Shown piece after piece: positions 17,718-27,481 of a DNA stretch of 64,000 nt. The notes below the pieces were generated by a model. It searched no databases. It was given only the letters and a program-made list of their open reading frames with translations, and was not told where the DNA came from. This stretch comes from a virus (taxonomy: Duplodnaviria > Caudoviricetes): the IMG/VR virus record IMGVR_UViG_3300032030_000044, positions 25,497 to 89,496 of that record; one strand, 5' to 3'. The position numbers and the translations under genes are program-made. Within the stretch, counting starts at the first letter, position 1, and the number at the start of each line of letters is the position of its first letter.

Positions 17718-18062
17718 ATGATAATTGAATTTTTATATGGTGTTCTTTTTCCTAATATAAATGAATTTAACAATATTAAGGAAAAAGATAAAAAAGAAGT
17801 TGACAATAAAGATAAAAATAATAAATGTGTTCAACTTGAATTAGATTTTAAAGAAGATAATGATAGTTTTGATGTTTATAGTGAGCTTACAAGAAAAGAG
17901 TTAGAAGAAAGATTAAAAGAAGCTGATATAAAATTAAAAAATTATAGAGAAAAAGAAATAGATAATATTGAATTAGAAAAAAATTATATAAAATATAAAA
18001 AAGCTTTTGAACATATTTGTAATGTTTTAGATATTAATCCAAATTTATTATTAATAAAATAA
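17718..18062 (+). CDS. Hypothetical coiled-coil protein
   Basis: 114-aa extremely AT-rich, charged ORF. Confidence 0.45.
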   Translation: MIIEFLYGVLFPNINEFNNIKEKDKKEVDNKDKNNKCVQLELDFKEDNDSFDVYSELTRKELEERLKEADIKLKNYREKEIDNIELEKNYIKYKKAFEHICNVLDINPNLLLIK

Positions 18063-18068
18063 AATATT

Positions 18069-21000
18069 ATGGCAGATATAGTTAAAGAACTTTCTTTAAA
18101 TTATTCTCCAAAAAATTATAAAAACAATAGTTTATATTATGCTAAAAATGTTAAAATAAATAAAGATGGAAATATTTTAGAAAATGAAAATTCTTTAATT
18201 GATGTTAATGTTATAAATAATTTTTTGAATACATTTTATGGTAATACTAATTTATTTGGTCAAAGTAAATATATAATAAAGTATGTATTAGCTTGTAATA
18301 ATGAATTATTATTATTTATACAACATAAAAATATAGGATATTATAATGAAGATTCTTCTTTAACTATTGTTAGATATAATGAAGAAAGTAGAAATATAGC
18401 TATTGTATATGGAGAAAAAAGAGTTCATGAAGATGGAACAATATATTATATAGGAATTAATCATCCAGTATCTAGAGACTTTAAAATAACTGCTGATTTT
18501 ACTTATAATGTTGATGATGCTTTAATTATTTCATTTTGTATATATATTGATAATAATGAATTAAATGAGCCTTTATCTACAATAAATCTTGGAATTTTTA
18601 ATAGTGGACATGTAAACTCTGATGGTATATGGATAGATAATAATGAAGTATATAATGATAGAGATTTAATACCTGAAAAATTAAGTAATATTCCAGAAGT
18701 TAAACTTCCGTTACTTACAAATTTAAAATATTGTGTTGGAAAAGCTTATACAGGTTGGTATTATATTTTTATAAGATATAAAATAAACCATTATGATTAT
18801 ACTCAATGGTATAGTATTGGTCCAAGATTTCCAGTTACTAATAAAACTTTAAATGTTATTACTAAAATAAATGGTGATGAAAGTAAATATGATGAATTAT
18901 CATTTACTGGTTTTTATTCTAAAGATTCTGATATTTGTGGACAAAGTTTTAAATTTGATTTAGTTGGATTAGATGTTAACTATGATAAATATCAATTAGG
19001 ATTTATTGTTAGTAATAAAACTTTAAATAAAAATTTATATACTGAAGATATAGATATTTCTCAAACAAATTATATATTTAATTCACAATATTTATTAGAA
19101 GATAATATTGATATAAATAGTTATATAAATTATAATAATGTTAAAAATATTGTAAATAAGCAAAATAAATTATATATTTCAAATTTTAAAACAAGAAAAA
19201 ATGAAGATTTATCTAATTATGCTAAAAATGTAAAAATTGGATTAAAAGCTGCTGAAAAAGGTATGGCTTCTGGTATTACATTTAATGGTAGCAGCGGATT
19301 AAGTTTTAATGGTACGGTTGAACAATTAGGAAATTTAATGATATTTTTATTAAAAAATGGAGTTCATATAGATGATTTAACAGAAACAATAGAAATAAGA
19401 TGGTCTATAAGACATGTAACTAATGCTAATTTAGGAGATAGAGATTTAAATGATAATATATTGATTTATACTGGACAATATATGAAAGGATTGACTGATT
19501 ATGAATTATATTATAATATGGTATTTAAAGAAAACAATAATGGAGCAGTTGAATTTAATGATTATGAACTTGGAGATTATCCTGAAGATTATCTTGGAAC
19601 ACTTACTGTAAGTTCTACTAATTATTCTAATAAAACAGTGAAAAATCTTTTATTTTTAAAACAAAATGTTAATTTATATACAAGTAATATAAATATTGGT
19701 TTAGATTATCAAAAAGCTATATATGGATATGATGGTAATCTTTATATTAATGCAGAAACAGGATTTCTTTCTATAAATATAAATGGAGTTTCTAATATTA
19801 TAAAACCTGCGGATATAAATACTGGTTTAAAAGCTTGTAATATTTCTGATAACAATGGAAATGTTATTGTTCATCAATATGATAAACCTGGAATAACTGA
19901 TTATATAAGTCAAGCTAGTATAAATGCTTTTAGAGAAACAGATGTGTATTATTTAACTCCAAGATTTTTTAATAGTAAAGGAAAACATTTATTAACTATT
20001 TATGCTGGATTATCAGTTAATACTAAAAAATATATGGTAGATCAATCAGGAACTCTTTTACCTACTGATTTAACATATCTAAATATTTTTAGTTTATTTT
20101 ATAATGGTACATATTTAGATAATTATGATAATTTAATGACATGGCGCGATGATACTTCGGATCATCATACTGTAAAAAGAATTTGGGGACGAGAAGTTTC
20201 TAATGTAGATGGTACAACTTATACTCCTTTAGATTATATTAGTTATATAGCAAATTATAATGTATTTAGTGCTATTTATAATAATATGTTAAGTAGTATT
20301 ATACCTGGTGAAATTTATGATTTTTATATACATTATATTGATAAATATGGAATTTCTACTGATGGTTATAGATTGAATTGGAAAGATAATGGAGAACTTT
20401 ATACAAAAGAACATGGAGGTATTTATGGAATAATGCCTGTTATAATTAATGGAACAAATGATGACGGTACATATTATTATTGTAAAAAATTAACAAATTC
20501 AGGATATATAAGTGCAGATTTATCTATTTATTGGGCAGATAATACAAATGATATTAATTTATTACCTGCTGCTGATTGTAAACTTTTACAAAATATAGAT
20601 TGCTCAATATATTTATTTTATAAAGATAAATCTAAAATATTTATTTATAATGATAATACTTCAAATTATGAAATAAATTATAATAATATAGGTTTATTAT
20701 TTATAAATAATTCTGATAATAATTTAAAATATTTTTTATATCATGTTGAATTTTCTACAGCGTCATTAATAAAATTAGATACAAATACTACTGTAGCAGA
20801 TTATTTATCAGATTTATTTAATGAAAATTTAATACAATATGAGGGTGAAGCTGGAGATGTTGAAAATTTAAAAGCAGATTGGTATTGGGATGATATTTCA
20901 GGATATGATTTTTCATCAAATAATATTCCAGCATTTTTGCCTTATTATAATATAAATAATGATTGTTTATTTAAAGCTCCAGTTTGTTCTGCTTATATAG

Positions 21001-23042
21001 ATAATGTATTGTTATATTTAGAAGTTAATGAAATACCAGAAGATTATGTAGGATATTTTATAAGTTATAAAAAATTAGATTTACGATTACCTATTTATGG
21101 CTATGGAAATCAATTTGGAATTTATTCTAATAGTGTAAATATTGATAGAATAATTCATCCTATTGCTTGTTTAATAATACAACCTAATGAAGCATTAACT
21201 TATTATAAAACTACACAATATTATTCTAGTATATATAATGCAGATACAAAATTTATTAATGTTTATAAAAAAAGTATATCTTTTGCTGGAGATAATTTAG
21301 GAGGAAGATTAAATCTTGGAACTATATTTAAAACAAATAATTATAATGACGTTCCAGATTATAAAGATTCTTCTATTCACCCTATAGTGGGATTAGTTAT
21401 TAATAAAAATATATATACAAGTACTGAAGATGTAATTTATCGTATAGGAAATATATTTTATAATACTGGGGTTAATTTAATATCTCAAGGACTTATGGGT
21501 TTTTATGGCGCAGATGATGCTATAATATATAATAATGAAGGAGTTACATTTGTAAATAGTTTGCCATATAAATCAAAATTAGATATTAAAGAAGTTGATG
21601 ATCCTCAAACAGATATATATACTAATAAAAATTTTGTTAATTTGGCTATGTTATATGCTGCTATAAATCGTTGGAGTAATCATATTTTAGATAGCAGATA
21701 TATTAATTATCCAACAACTGTTCAATATCATAATGACATTCTTGATAATTTAGAGGAACTTATTATAAATAATACAAGAAGCAATAAAGGTAATATTAAT
21801 AGTTATATAATGCCAATTAATAGTATAGATACATGGCAAGAAAAATTATATATTTCAGATGAATTAAATCCATATCCTTATATAGTATATAGAAAAGATA
21901 TATTTACTAAATATAGTTATGATAAAACTTTAAGAATATCAAATATTATTTCTGATGAAACTAAACAAAATCGTTGGAGAAATTTCACAATAGATGAATA
22001 TAAATTTATAACTGAGAATAAAGGAAATATAATAAAATTAATTGATTTAGGAACTTGGTTATTTGTTCATACAGAACATAGTTTATTTGGTTTTGATACT
22101 GATAATTGGATGAAAACTTTAGATAAAAATGTTAATCTTCAACAACAAGAAGTTATGGATATTCAATATAAAGAATTTTTTAGTGAAAAATTAGGATATG
22201 GCGGATTAAAACATAAAGAAAATAGTATTAAAGGAACTTTTGGATATATTTGGTATGATAAAGACCATAACAAAATATATAGACTCGATGGTCAAGAATT
22301 TATTGAAATAAGTGCTCCTATCAAATATTGGTTAGATAATATACAAATACATAATATATTGTTTTTAAATGATATTAAAAATGAACGGTTGCTTGTATAT
22401 TTTGAAACAAACCAAGAATATATTGATGAAAGTATTTTAAGTTATAATTATAAATTAAATGTTTGGGTTAGTTTTCATTCTGATTACGTTTATAATAATA
22501 TATCTATTAATACTAAAGAGAAAACTTATTTTATAGATAATAATAGTATTGTAAAACAAATAAATCCAGATATTGCAAGTCCTAAAAAACCTTGTGAAAT
22601 TCAAATAATAGTTAATGATAATTGGGAAGTTTATAAATTTCTTGAATATATAGAATATAAATTTAAAAAATTAGATTTAAATAATATTACAGACTTCAGA
22701 TATAATTATGGTTATTTATATGAATTATTAAAACCTTATAGTGGCGAATTATTAGAAATTAAAAATGATAACATAGCAGTTGATGAAAATGATACGCCAA
22801 TATATGATTTAGAAGTACAAACTATAAATGAAAAAGATAATTATTTAAAACCATATTATAAATTAGGAGATTGGAGATTTAATTGTTTAAGAAATTTGGA
22901 TAATAGAAATATTGTTAAATCTGCTGATGATACTAATAGAATTTATGGAAATTATTTTATATTTAAATTTACTTTTAATACAACAGATTTATTAAATATT
23001 GAATCTTTTAAAATACAAATAAGTCAATTTGAAAATCAATAA
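18069..23042 (+). CDS. Tail stabilisation / muzzle protein
   Basis: 1657 aa, beta-rich; C-terminal RWRNF...ENKGNIIKL...LFVHTEHSLF...GYGGL...WYD and WRFNCLRN...RIYGNYF motifs recalled from crAss-like muzzle proteins. Confidence 0.7.
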   Translation: MADIVKELSLNYSPKNYKNNSLYYAKNVKINKDGNILENENSLIDVNVINNFLNTFYGNTNLFGQSKYIIKYVLACNNELLLFIQHKNIGYYNEDSSLTIVRYNEESRNIAIVYGEKRVHEDGTIYYIGINHPVSRDFKITADFTYNVDDALIISFCIYIDNNELNEPLSTINLGIFNSGHVNSDGIWIDNNEVYNDRDLIPEKLSNIPEVKLPLLTNLKYCVGKAYTGWYYIFIRYKINHYDYTQWYSIGPRFPVTNKTLNVITKINGDESKYDELSFTGFYSKDSDICGQSFKFDLVGLDVNYDKYQLGFIVSNKTLNKNLYTEDIDISQTNYIFNSQYLLEDNIDINSYINYNNVKNIVNKQNKLYISNFKTRKNEDLSNYAKNVKIGLKAAEKGMASGITFNGSSGLSFNGTVEQLGNLMIFLLKNGVHIDDLTETIEIRWSIRHVTNANLGDRDLNDNILIYTGQYMKGLTDYELYYNMVFKENNNGAVEFNDYELGDYPEDYLGTLTVSSTNYSNKTVKNLLFLKQNVNLYTSNINIGLDYQKAIYGYDGNLYINAETGFLSININGVSNIIKPADINTGLKACNISDNNGNVIVHQYDKPGITDYISQASINAFRETDVYYLTPRFFNSKGKHLLTIYAGLSVNTKKYMVDQSGTLLPTDLTYLNIFSLFYNGTYLDNYDNLMTWRDDTSDHHTVKRIWGREVSNVDGTTYTPLDYISYIANYNVFSAIYNNMLSSIIPGEIYDFYIHYIDKYGISTDGYRLNWKDNGELYTKEHGGIYGIMPVIINGTNDDGTYYYCKKLTNSGYISADLSIYWADNTNDINLLPAADCKLLQNIDCSIYLFYKDKSKIFIYNDNTSNYEINYNNIGLLFINNSDNNLKYFLYHVEFSTASLIKLDTNTTVADYLSDLFNENLIQYEGEAGDVENLKADWYWDDISGYDFSSNNIPAFLPYYNINNDCLFKAPVCSAYIDNVLLYLEVNEIPEDYVGYFISYKKLDLRLPIYGYGNQFGIYSNSVNIDRIIHPIACLIIQPNEALTYYKTTQYYSSIYNADTKFINVYKKSISFAGDNLGGRLNLGTIFKTNNYNDVPDYKDSSIHPIVGLVINKNIYTSTEDVIYRIGNIFYNTGVNLISQGLMGFYGADDAIIYNNEGVTFVNSLPYKSKLDIKEVDDPQTDIYTNKNFVNLAMLYAAINRWSNHILDSRYINYPTTVQYHNDILDNLEELIINNTRSNKGNINSYIMPINSIDTWQEKLYISDELNPYPYIVYRKDIFTKYSYDKTLRISNIISDETKQNRWRNFTIDEYKFITENKGNIIKLIDLGTWLFVHTEHSLFGFDTDNWMKTLDKNVNLQQQEVMDIQYKEFFSEKLGYGGLKHKENSIKGTFGYIWYDKDHNKIYRLDGQEFIEISAPIKYWLDNIQIHNILFLNDIKNERLLVYFETNQEYIDESILSYNYKLNVWVSFHSDYVYNNISINTKEKTYFIDNNSIVKQINPDIASPKKPCEIQIIVNDNWEVYKFLEYIEYKFKKLDLNNITDFRYNYGYLYELLKPYSGELLEIKNDNIAVDENDTPIYDLEVQTINEKDNYLKPYYKLGDWRFNCLRNLDNRNIVKSADDTNRIYGNYFIFKFTFNTTDLLNIESFKIQISQFENQ
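21379..21392 (-). repeat. Degenerate copy of the 16-bp motif (HPIVG)
   Basis: ACCCTATAGTGGGA on the + strand; two core mismatches. Confidence 0.5.
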
Positions 23043-23045
23043 AAT

Positions 23046-23783
23046 ATGAAACGCTGTAAAAAATGTAATAGAAATAAAGCTTTCTTTGGAGCTTTAATTA
23101 ATGGAGCTATTTCTACTATTAATACAATTCTTTCTAATCGTCAAGCTTCTCAACAAGCTGCTGAGCAATCTGCATTTAATAGAAATCAAGCTATGTTTGC
23201 TCAAGTAAATAATTTAGCAAATAGTTATAATCAAAGTTTAGGAAATTCTCAAGATATTTATAAAGAATTAAATAAAAGTGTAACAAAATATGGTGGTAAA
23301 AAAATGATTAAAAAGAATATTGGCGGATATGTACCAACTATAAATTCTACTACTTTAAATTTAAAAACTCCTACTTTAGAAGATTATTTGCAAAATTCTG
23401 ATTTTGGATTTAAATCTCCAGATTATACTGATATAGGATATAATAATTATCAACTTGGAAGCAATCCTCCAACAACAGAAACTACAGATACATCGTCTAA
23501 TTTTTCTTCAAGTATCAGTAGTGATATTGCAGGAGGTGTAGTAGGAGGATTATTTAATGCTTTAAATGGATATTTAAGTAGAGATTATGCAAATGATATA
23601 TTTAATTATAAAATAATTGGAAAAAAAGCTAAATATCTTGGAAATAATAATAAATTTGTAATGCCTACTAAACATAATAATAAAATTAGTAATGTATTTA
23701 ATACTAATAATAATAAAGATATTCGAGAAAAATTTGGTGGCAAACATACTGTAAAAGGTAGAAAAAACTTTTATTTAAGCTAA
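23046..23783 (+). CDS. Putative cargo/ejection protein
   Basis: 245 aa; basic leader, Gly/Ala-rich amphipathic segments and several K-x-GG-type motifs; first gene after the muzzle gene. Confidence 0.5.
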   Translation: MKRCKKCNRNKAFFGALINGAISTINTILSNRQASQQAAEQSAFNRNQAMFAQVNNLANSYNQSLGNSQDIYKELNKSVTKYGGKKMIKKNIGGYVPTINSTTLNLKTPTLEDYLQNSDFGFKSPDYTDIGYNNYQLGSNPPTTETTDTSSNFSSSISSDIAGGVVGGLFNALNGYLSRDYANDIFNYKIIGKKAKYLGNNNKFVMPTKHNNKISNVFNTNNNKDIREKFGGKHTVKGRKNFYLS

Positions 23784-23820
23784 TTTTAGCTTGAAATTAA
23801 AATTTATATATCATACTTAT
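23778..23820 (+). repeat. Intergenic AGCT-N6-AGCT element, copy C
   Basis: AGCTAATTTTAGCTTGAAATTAAAATTTATATATCATACTTAT. Confidence 0.55.
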
Positions 23821-23892
23821 AAATTGTTAAGTAATGATTTACAATCGCTTAAATAAGAGATATGAATTTCATTTTATACAATATAATATAAC

Positions 23893-26376
23893 ATGAAAAG
23901 AGTTAAAAGAAATAAAGCAGAATTTGGAGCTTTAACAAATATTTATGGCAGAATGATAGAGCCAAATGTGATTCGTGGTGGTAAGGCAATACCAATAGGT
24001 TATAATCTTTATTTTATGGAAGGTCGTAAACATAAAGATGGTGGAATACTTGTAGGTAAAGGTTTAGAAGTTGAACGTGGAGAAGTTACGCAAACTTCAC
24101 CAAATGAAATTAGAGTTTTTAGTGCTCAAAAATTTTTAGGTGGTAAAAGTCCTGCTGAGTTAATAATGATGGGTAATAATCCAGATGCTATCTTTGCTGC
24201 TCAAGAAACTTATAAAAGAATTAATGGGATAAATGATGATGGAACTAAAGCAAAATTTGGAAAATTAAAATCTGCTGCAAAATCTTTATTAAGATTTTTT
24301 GGATTTAGAAATAAAAATAATTCTGATAATAATTCTTTTACTATAAATGGAACTATACAAGAAAATAATAATCAAAGTGAAAAACCTATTAATAGAAGAA
24401 AAGGCGCTATATATTTATCTAATAATAAATTAAATGAATATGCTAATTATAATTATTCAGATGACGATACACCATTATTAAAAATTACTAAAGAATATAG
24501 GCAAAAGGTTAATGAAAAAATAAAACAAGCGAGTCGTCCATTACCATATGATAAAAGATATTTAGACAGTACTGAAATAAAAATTCCTTATGATGATAAA
24601 GCAATCGCTAAATATTTACCTGGTACTACATATACTGCAGGAGCTTTATCTCAAATATATGATGTTGCTCAAAATTTAAATATATCGCCTAATAGATTGG
24701 CTGCTATAATGATGTTAGAAAGTGATAATCATAAAGTTGATTATACAACTTATGGACATGGTCATGATTATTATGATAAATTAATTGCTGATGAAATAGG
24801 ATGGGGAAAATTTAATCCTATAAGTCCAAATAAAGAAGATTCTACGATTATGAAAAATCTTGGAATATGGAAAAATAGATTATCCGATGAAGAAAATTTA
24901 GTTAAAGCTAAAGCAATATATGATAATTTATATAATAAAATAGACTCTATTTTAACAAATGATAATAGTCAAGTAGGTGTAGATAGAATTGCAAGAATGC
25001 ATAAAAAATATGGAGATTTAAATCCGGGTCAAAAAGGTTTTAATGGTGCTAAAACTACTTGGCTTGAAAGTGTTGATGCTGGTGAAAAATATTTAAAACA
25101 ATTAGGTATATTTAATGATTTTTTTAAAACTCCCACAAAAGAAAAACAATATGGCGGAAGTAATGATGATTTTTATATGCATGCTGAAAAATTAGCAAAA
25201 TATCAATCTTCTAAATTTAATATTAGTGAAGAAGAAGCTTTATATAATATTTTAAATAGTAAAGATTATAATTATAAAGGATACTTTGAAGAGTTTGGAA
25301 ATTTAGAACCTGATTCTACTGGACATTTTACAGATAAATATAAAACAGTATATCATGATACTTTTAGTGATGAAAGTATTTATAGTGGTAAAAAATCTCA
25401 ATATAATCCAGAAGGAAAAATTGGAGGGCATTGGGATAAAAATGGAAAATTTATAAAAAACAAAAAACAATATGGTGGAAATATGAATAATAATATAATT
25501 AAAGCTAATCTATTTAATATTCCCTCTACAGGGAAACAAAAAATGGCAGGTGGTGGTAGAGAAATAACATATGCTGATAAAGATGGAGTTTTACATAGTT
25601 ATAATCCTAACGATGATGCTTATAAAAATGGAGAAAAGCCTACTGATTATGATGAACAACAAACTAATATGTATTATGGTAATAAAAAAATTAAACAAAA
25701 TCATTGGCTTGCTACAGGATTGGCAAGTGGATTAAATGCTTTAAGTGGTATTATTGGTGCTTCTATAAATAGTGCTACTAATATAAAAAATTGGAATATT
25801 ATGAAAGCTCTTACTGAAGGAATAAAATCTTATACTCCGCCAATATATAAATACAAAACTAATTATGATGTCAATCCACAACTTGCTGAATTAGACCAAG
25901 GATTTGGACGATATATGAGAAATGTATTAGCTCATTCATCAAATTCAAATTATGCTTTAAATAGACTTCGTGATGCAGGATTAATAAAAAATATTGAAAC
26001 AAATAAATTATATGATACGGCAGAAAAAGAAAGAAATAAATTAATAAATCTTGATATTGAAAATCAACAACAGCAAATGGCTGCTAATATTAAAAATGCT
26101 CAAGATATATATAATTTAAAACAACAATTATTAGTTGATTTATTTGATAAGCGAGCAGAAAATGCTACTACTACAACTGAAAATATTACTGGTGCTGTTA
26201 ATTCTGCTGCACAATCATTAATAAATGGTATTAATACTAGAGAACAATTGCTTGCAGGATTAGCAAAAGACCCCAATGGCGCAGCATATATTTATGGAAA
26301 AGCTGGAGAAGGAATTATGGATAAACTAATAAAAAGAATAACTAAAAGAAATAATAATAATGGATATATTATTTAA
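23893..26376 (+). CDS. Cargo/ejection protein with inserted domains (possible lytic transglycosylase)
   Basis: 827 aa; N-terminal GRKHKDGGI...EVERGE domain, LAAIMMLES motif, and a C-terminal Gly/Ala-rich amphipathic, Gln-rich region. Confidence 0.6.
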   Translation: MKRVKRNKAEFGALTNIYGRMIEPNVIRGGKAIPIGYNLYFMEGRKHKDGGILVGKGLEVERGEVTQTSPNEIRVFSAQKFLGGKSPAELIMMGNNPDAIFAAQETYKRINGINDDGTKAKFGKLKSAAKSLLRFFGFRNKNNSDNNSFTINGTIQENNNQSEKPINRRKGAIYLSNNKLNEYANYNYSDDDTPLLKITKEYRQKVNEKIKQASRPLPYDKRYLDSTEIKIPYDDKAIAKYLPGTTYTAGALSQIYDVAQNLNISPNRLAAIMMLESDNHKVDYTTYGHGHDYYDKLIADEIGWGKFNPISPNKEDSTIMKNLGIWKNRLSDEENLVKAKAIYDNLYNKIDSILTNDNSQVGVDRIARMHKKYGDLNPGQKGFNGAKTTWLESVDAGEKYLKQLGIFNDFFKTPTKEKQYGGSNDDFYMHAEKLAKYQSSKFNISEEEALYNILNSKDYNYKGYFEEFGNLEPDSTGHFTDKYKTVYHDTFSDESIYSGKKSQYNPEGKIGGHWDKNGKFIKNKKQYGGNMNNNIIKANLFNIPSTGKQKMAGGGREITYADKDGVLHSYNPNDDAYKNGEKPTDYDEQQTNMYYGNKKIKQNHWLATGLASGLNALSGIIGASINSATNIKNWNIMKALTEGIKSYTPPIYKYKTNYDVNPQLAELDQGFGRYMRNVLAHSSNSNYALNRLRDAGLIKNIETNKLYDTAEKERNKLINLDIENQQQQMAANIKNAQDIYNLKQQLLVDLFDKRAENATTTTENITGAVNSAAQSLINGINTREQLLAGLAKDPNGAAYIYGKAGEGIMDKLIKRITKRNNNNGYII
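25520..25535 (+). repeat. Dispersed 16-bp motif, in CDS (IPSTGK)
   Basis: TTCCCTCTACAGGGAA. Confidence 0.9.
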
Positions 26377-26402
26377 ACAAAAAAATATAAATTGTTATAA
26401 TT

Positions 26403-27479
26403 ATGACTTTTGGAAATTATATATATCAAGATAATACTTCAGCTTCAAGACAATTAGCAATAAATCAATTAATTTCTACTGCTGATAAACTTGAAGCTGG
26501 ACATTTAAAAGCTGTTGAAACTGCAACTAAATTAAAAGAATCTATTGCAGCTTTACCTTTTAATGAAAATGAAGAACCATTAAAACAAGAACTTTTTACT
26601 AAATTGAATAATGCTATTGATGACAATATTCAATATGGAAATATGTATTATGCTTTAGATGATATATTAAATCAAAGTGGAGATTTATTTTCTCGCTCTG
26701 ATGTAAGTGCTGCTATTAGAAATGAAGCTACTCGTAAAAAATTTATTGAAGATTTAGATAAAAGAGCTGATATTCCAGAAATGATGAAAGTTTTTTATAA
26801 AGACAAAAATCCTTATAATAGACAAGAAATAAAAGATGAAAACGGCAATATTATTGGGTATAAAGATTGGCAAATTAGTAAAGCTCCTGTTACTCATATT
26901 AGTGGAGTAGAATGGTTTGATAGAGCATTAAAAAGAACAACAGCAGATATTAAAGGATATAGTAGCATGAAATATTTTGATAGTAATGGTAAAGAAGTTA
27001 ATCCATATAAAGGAGAAGATGTTTCTGATATTAAATTTTATGATATATTTGGTAATGAAATACAAGAAGATATTTATAATAAATTATTGATAAATGTTTT
27101 AAGTTTATATAAAAATGACCCTACTATTGCAGCGAGTATAAACGATGAAATTGAATATGCAAAATGGGCAAAAGAACATGGGGATAATACAGATTATGGA
27201 ATATATAGAAAAAATCCTGATGGTAGTAATTCTGGAATAGAAAAAAATCTTCTTGAATATTTATTATATAAATTTGAAGAAAGTGCACAAGGTTCAAAAT
27301 ATAGTAAAATGATTAGTTCTCATAATCCTCATATTGTTAATGGTAACTCTGTTAACATTGAAGATTTATCTGTTGACGATTATATAAATCTTCGGTTAGG
27401 AAATTATGATGAATCTACTACAGTTTCTGAACAAAGTCCAATAATGCCTCAAACTCCAACATTTAGAATTGCTGAATAA
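26403..27479 (+). CDS. Putative cargo protein
   Basis: 358-aa helical protein within the cargo gene cluster. Confidence 0.5.
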   Translation: MTFGNYIYQDNTSASRQLAINQLISTADKLEAGHLKAVETATKLKESIAALPFNENEEPLKQELFTKLNNAIDDNIQYGNMYYALDDILNQSGDLFSRSDVSAAIRNEATRKKFIEDLDKRADIPEMMKVFYKDKNPYNRQEIKDENGNIIGYKDWQISKAPVTHISGVEWFDRALKRTTADIKGYSSMKYFDSNGKEVNPYKGEDVSDIKFYDIFGNEIQEDIYNKLLINVLSLYKNDPTIAASINDEIEYAKWAKEHGDNTDYGIYRKNPDGSNSGIEKNLLEYLLYKFEESAQGSKYSKMISSHNPHIVNGNSVNIEDLSVDDYINLRLGNYDESTTVSEQSPIMPQTPTFRIAE

Positions 27480-27481
27480 TT

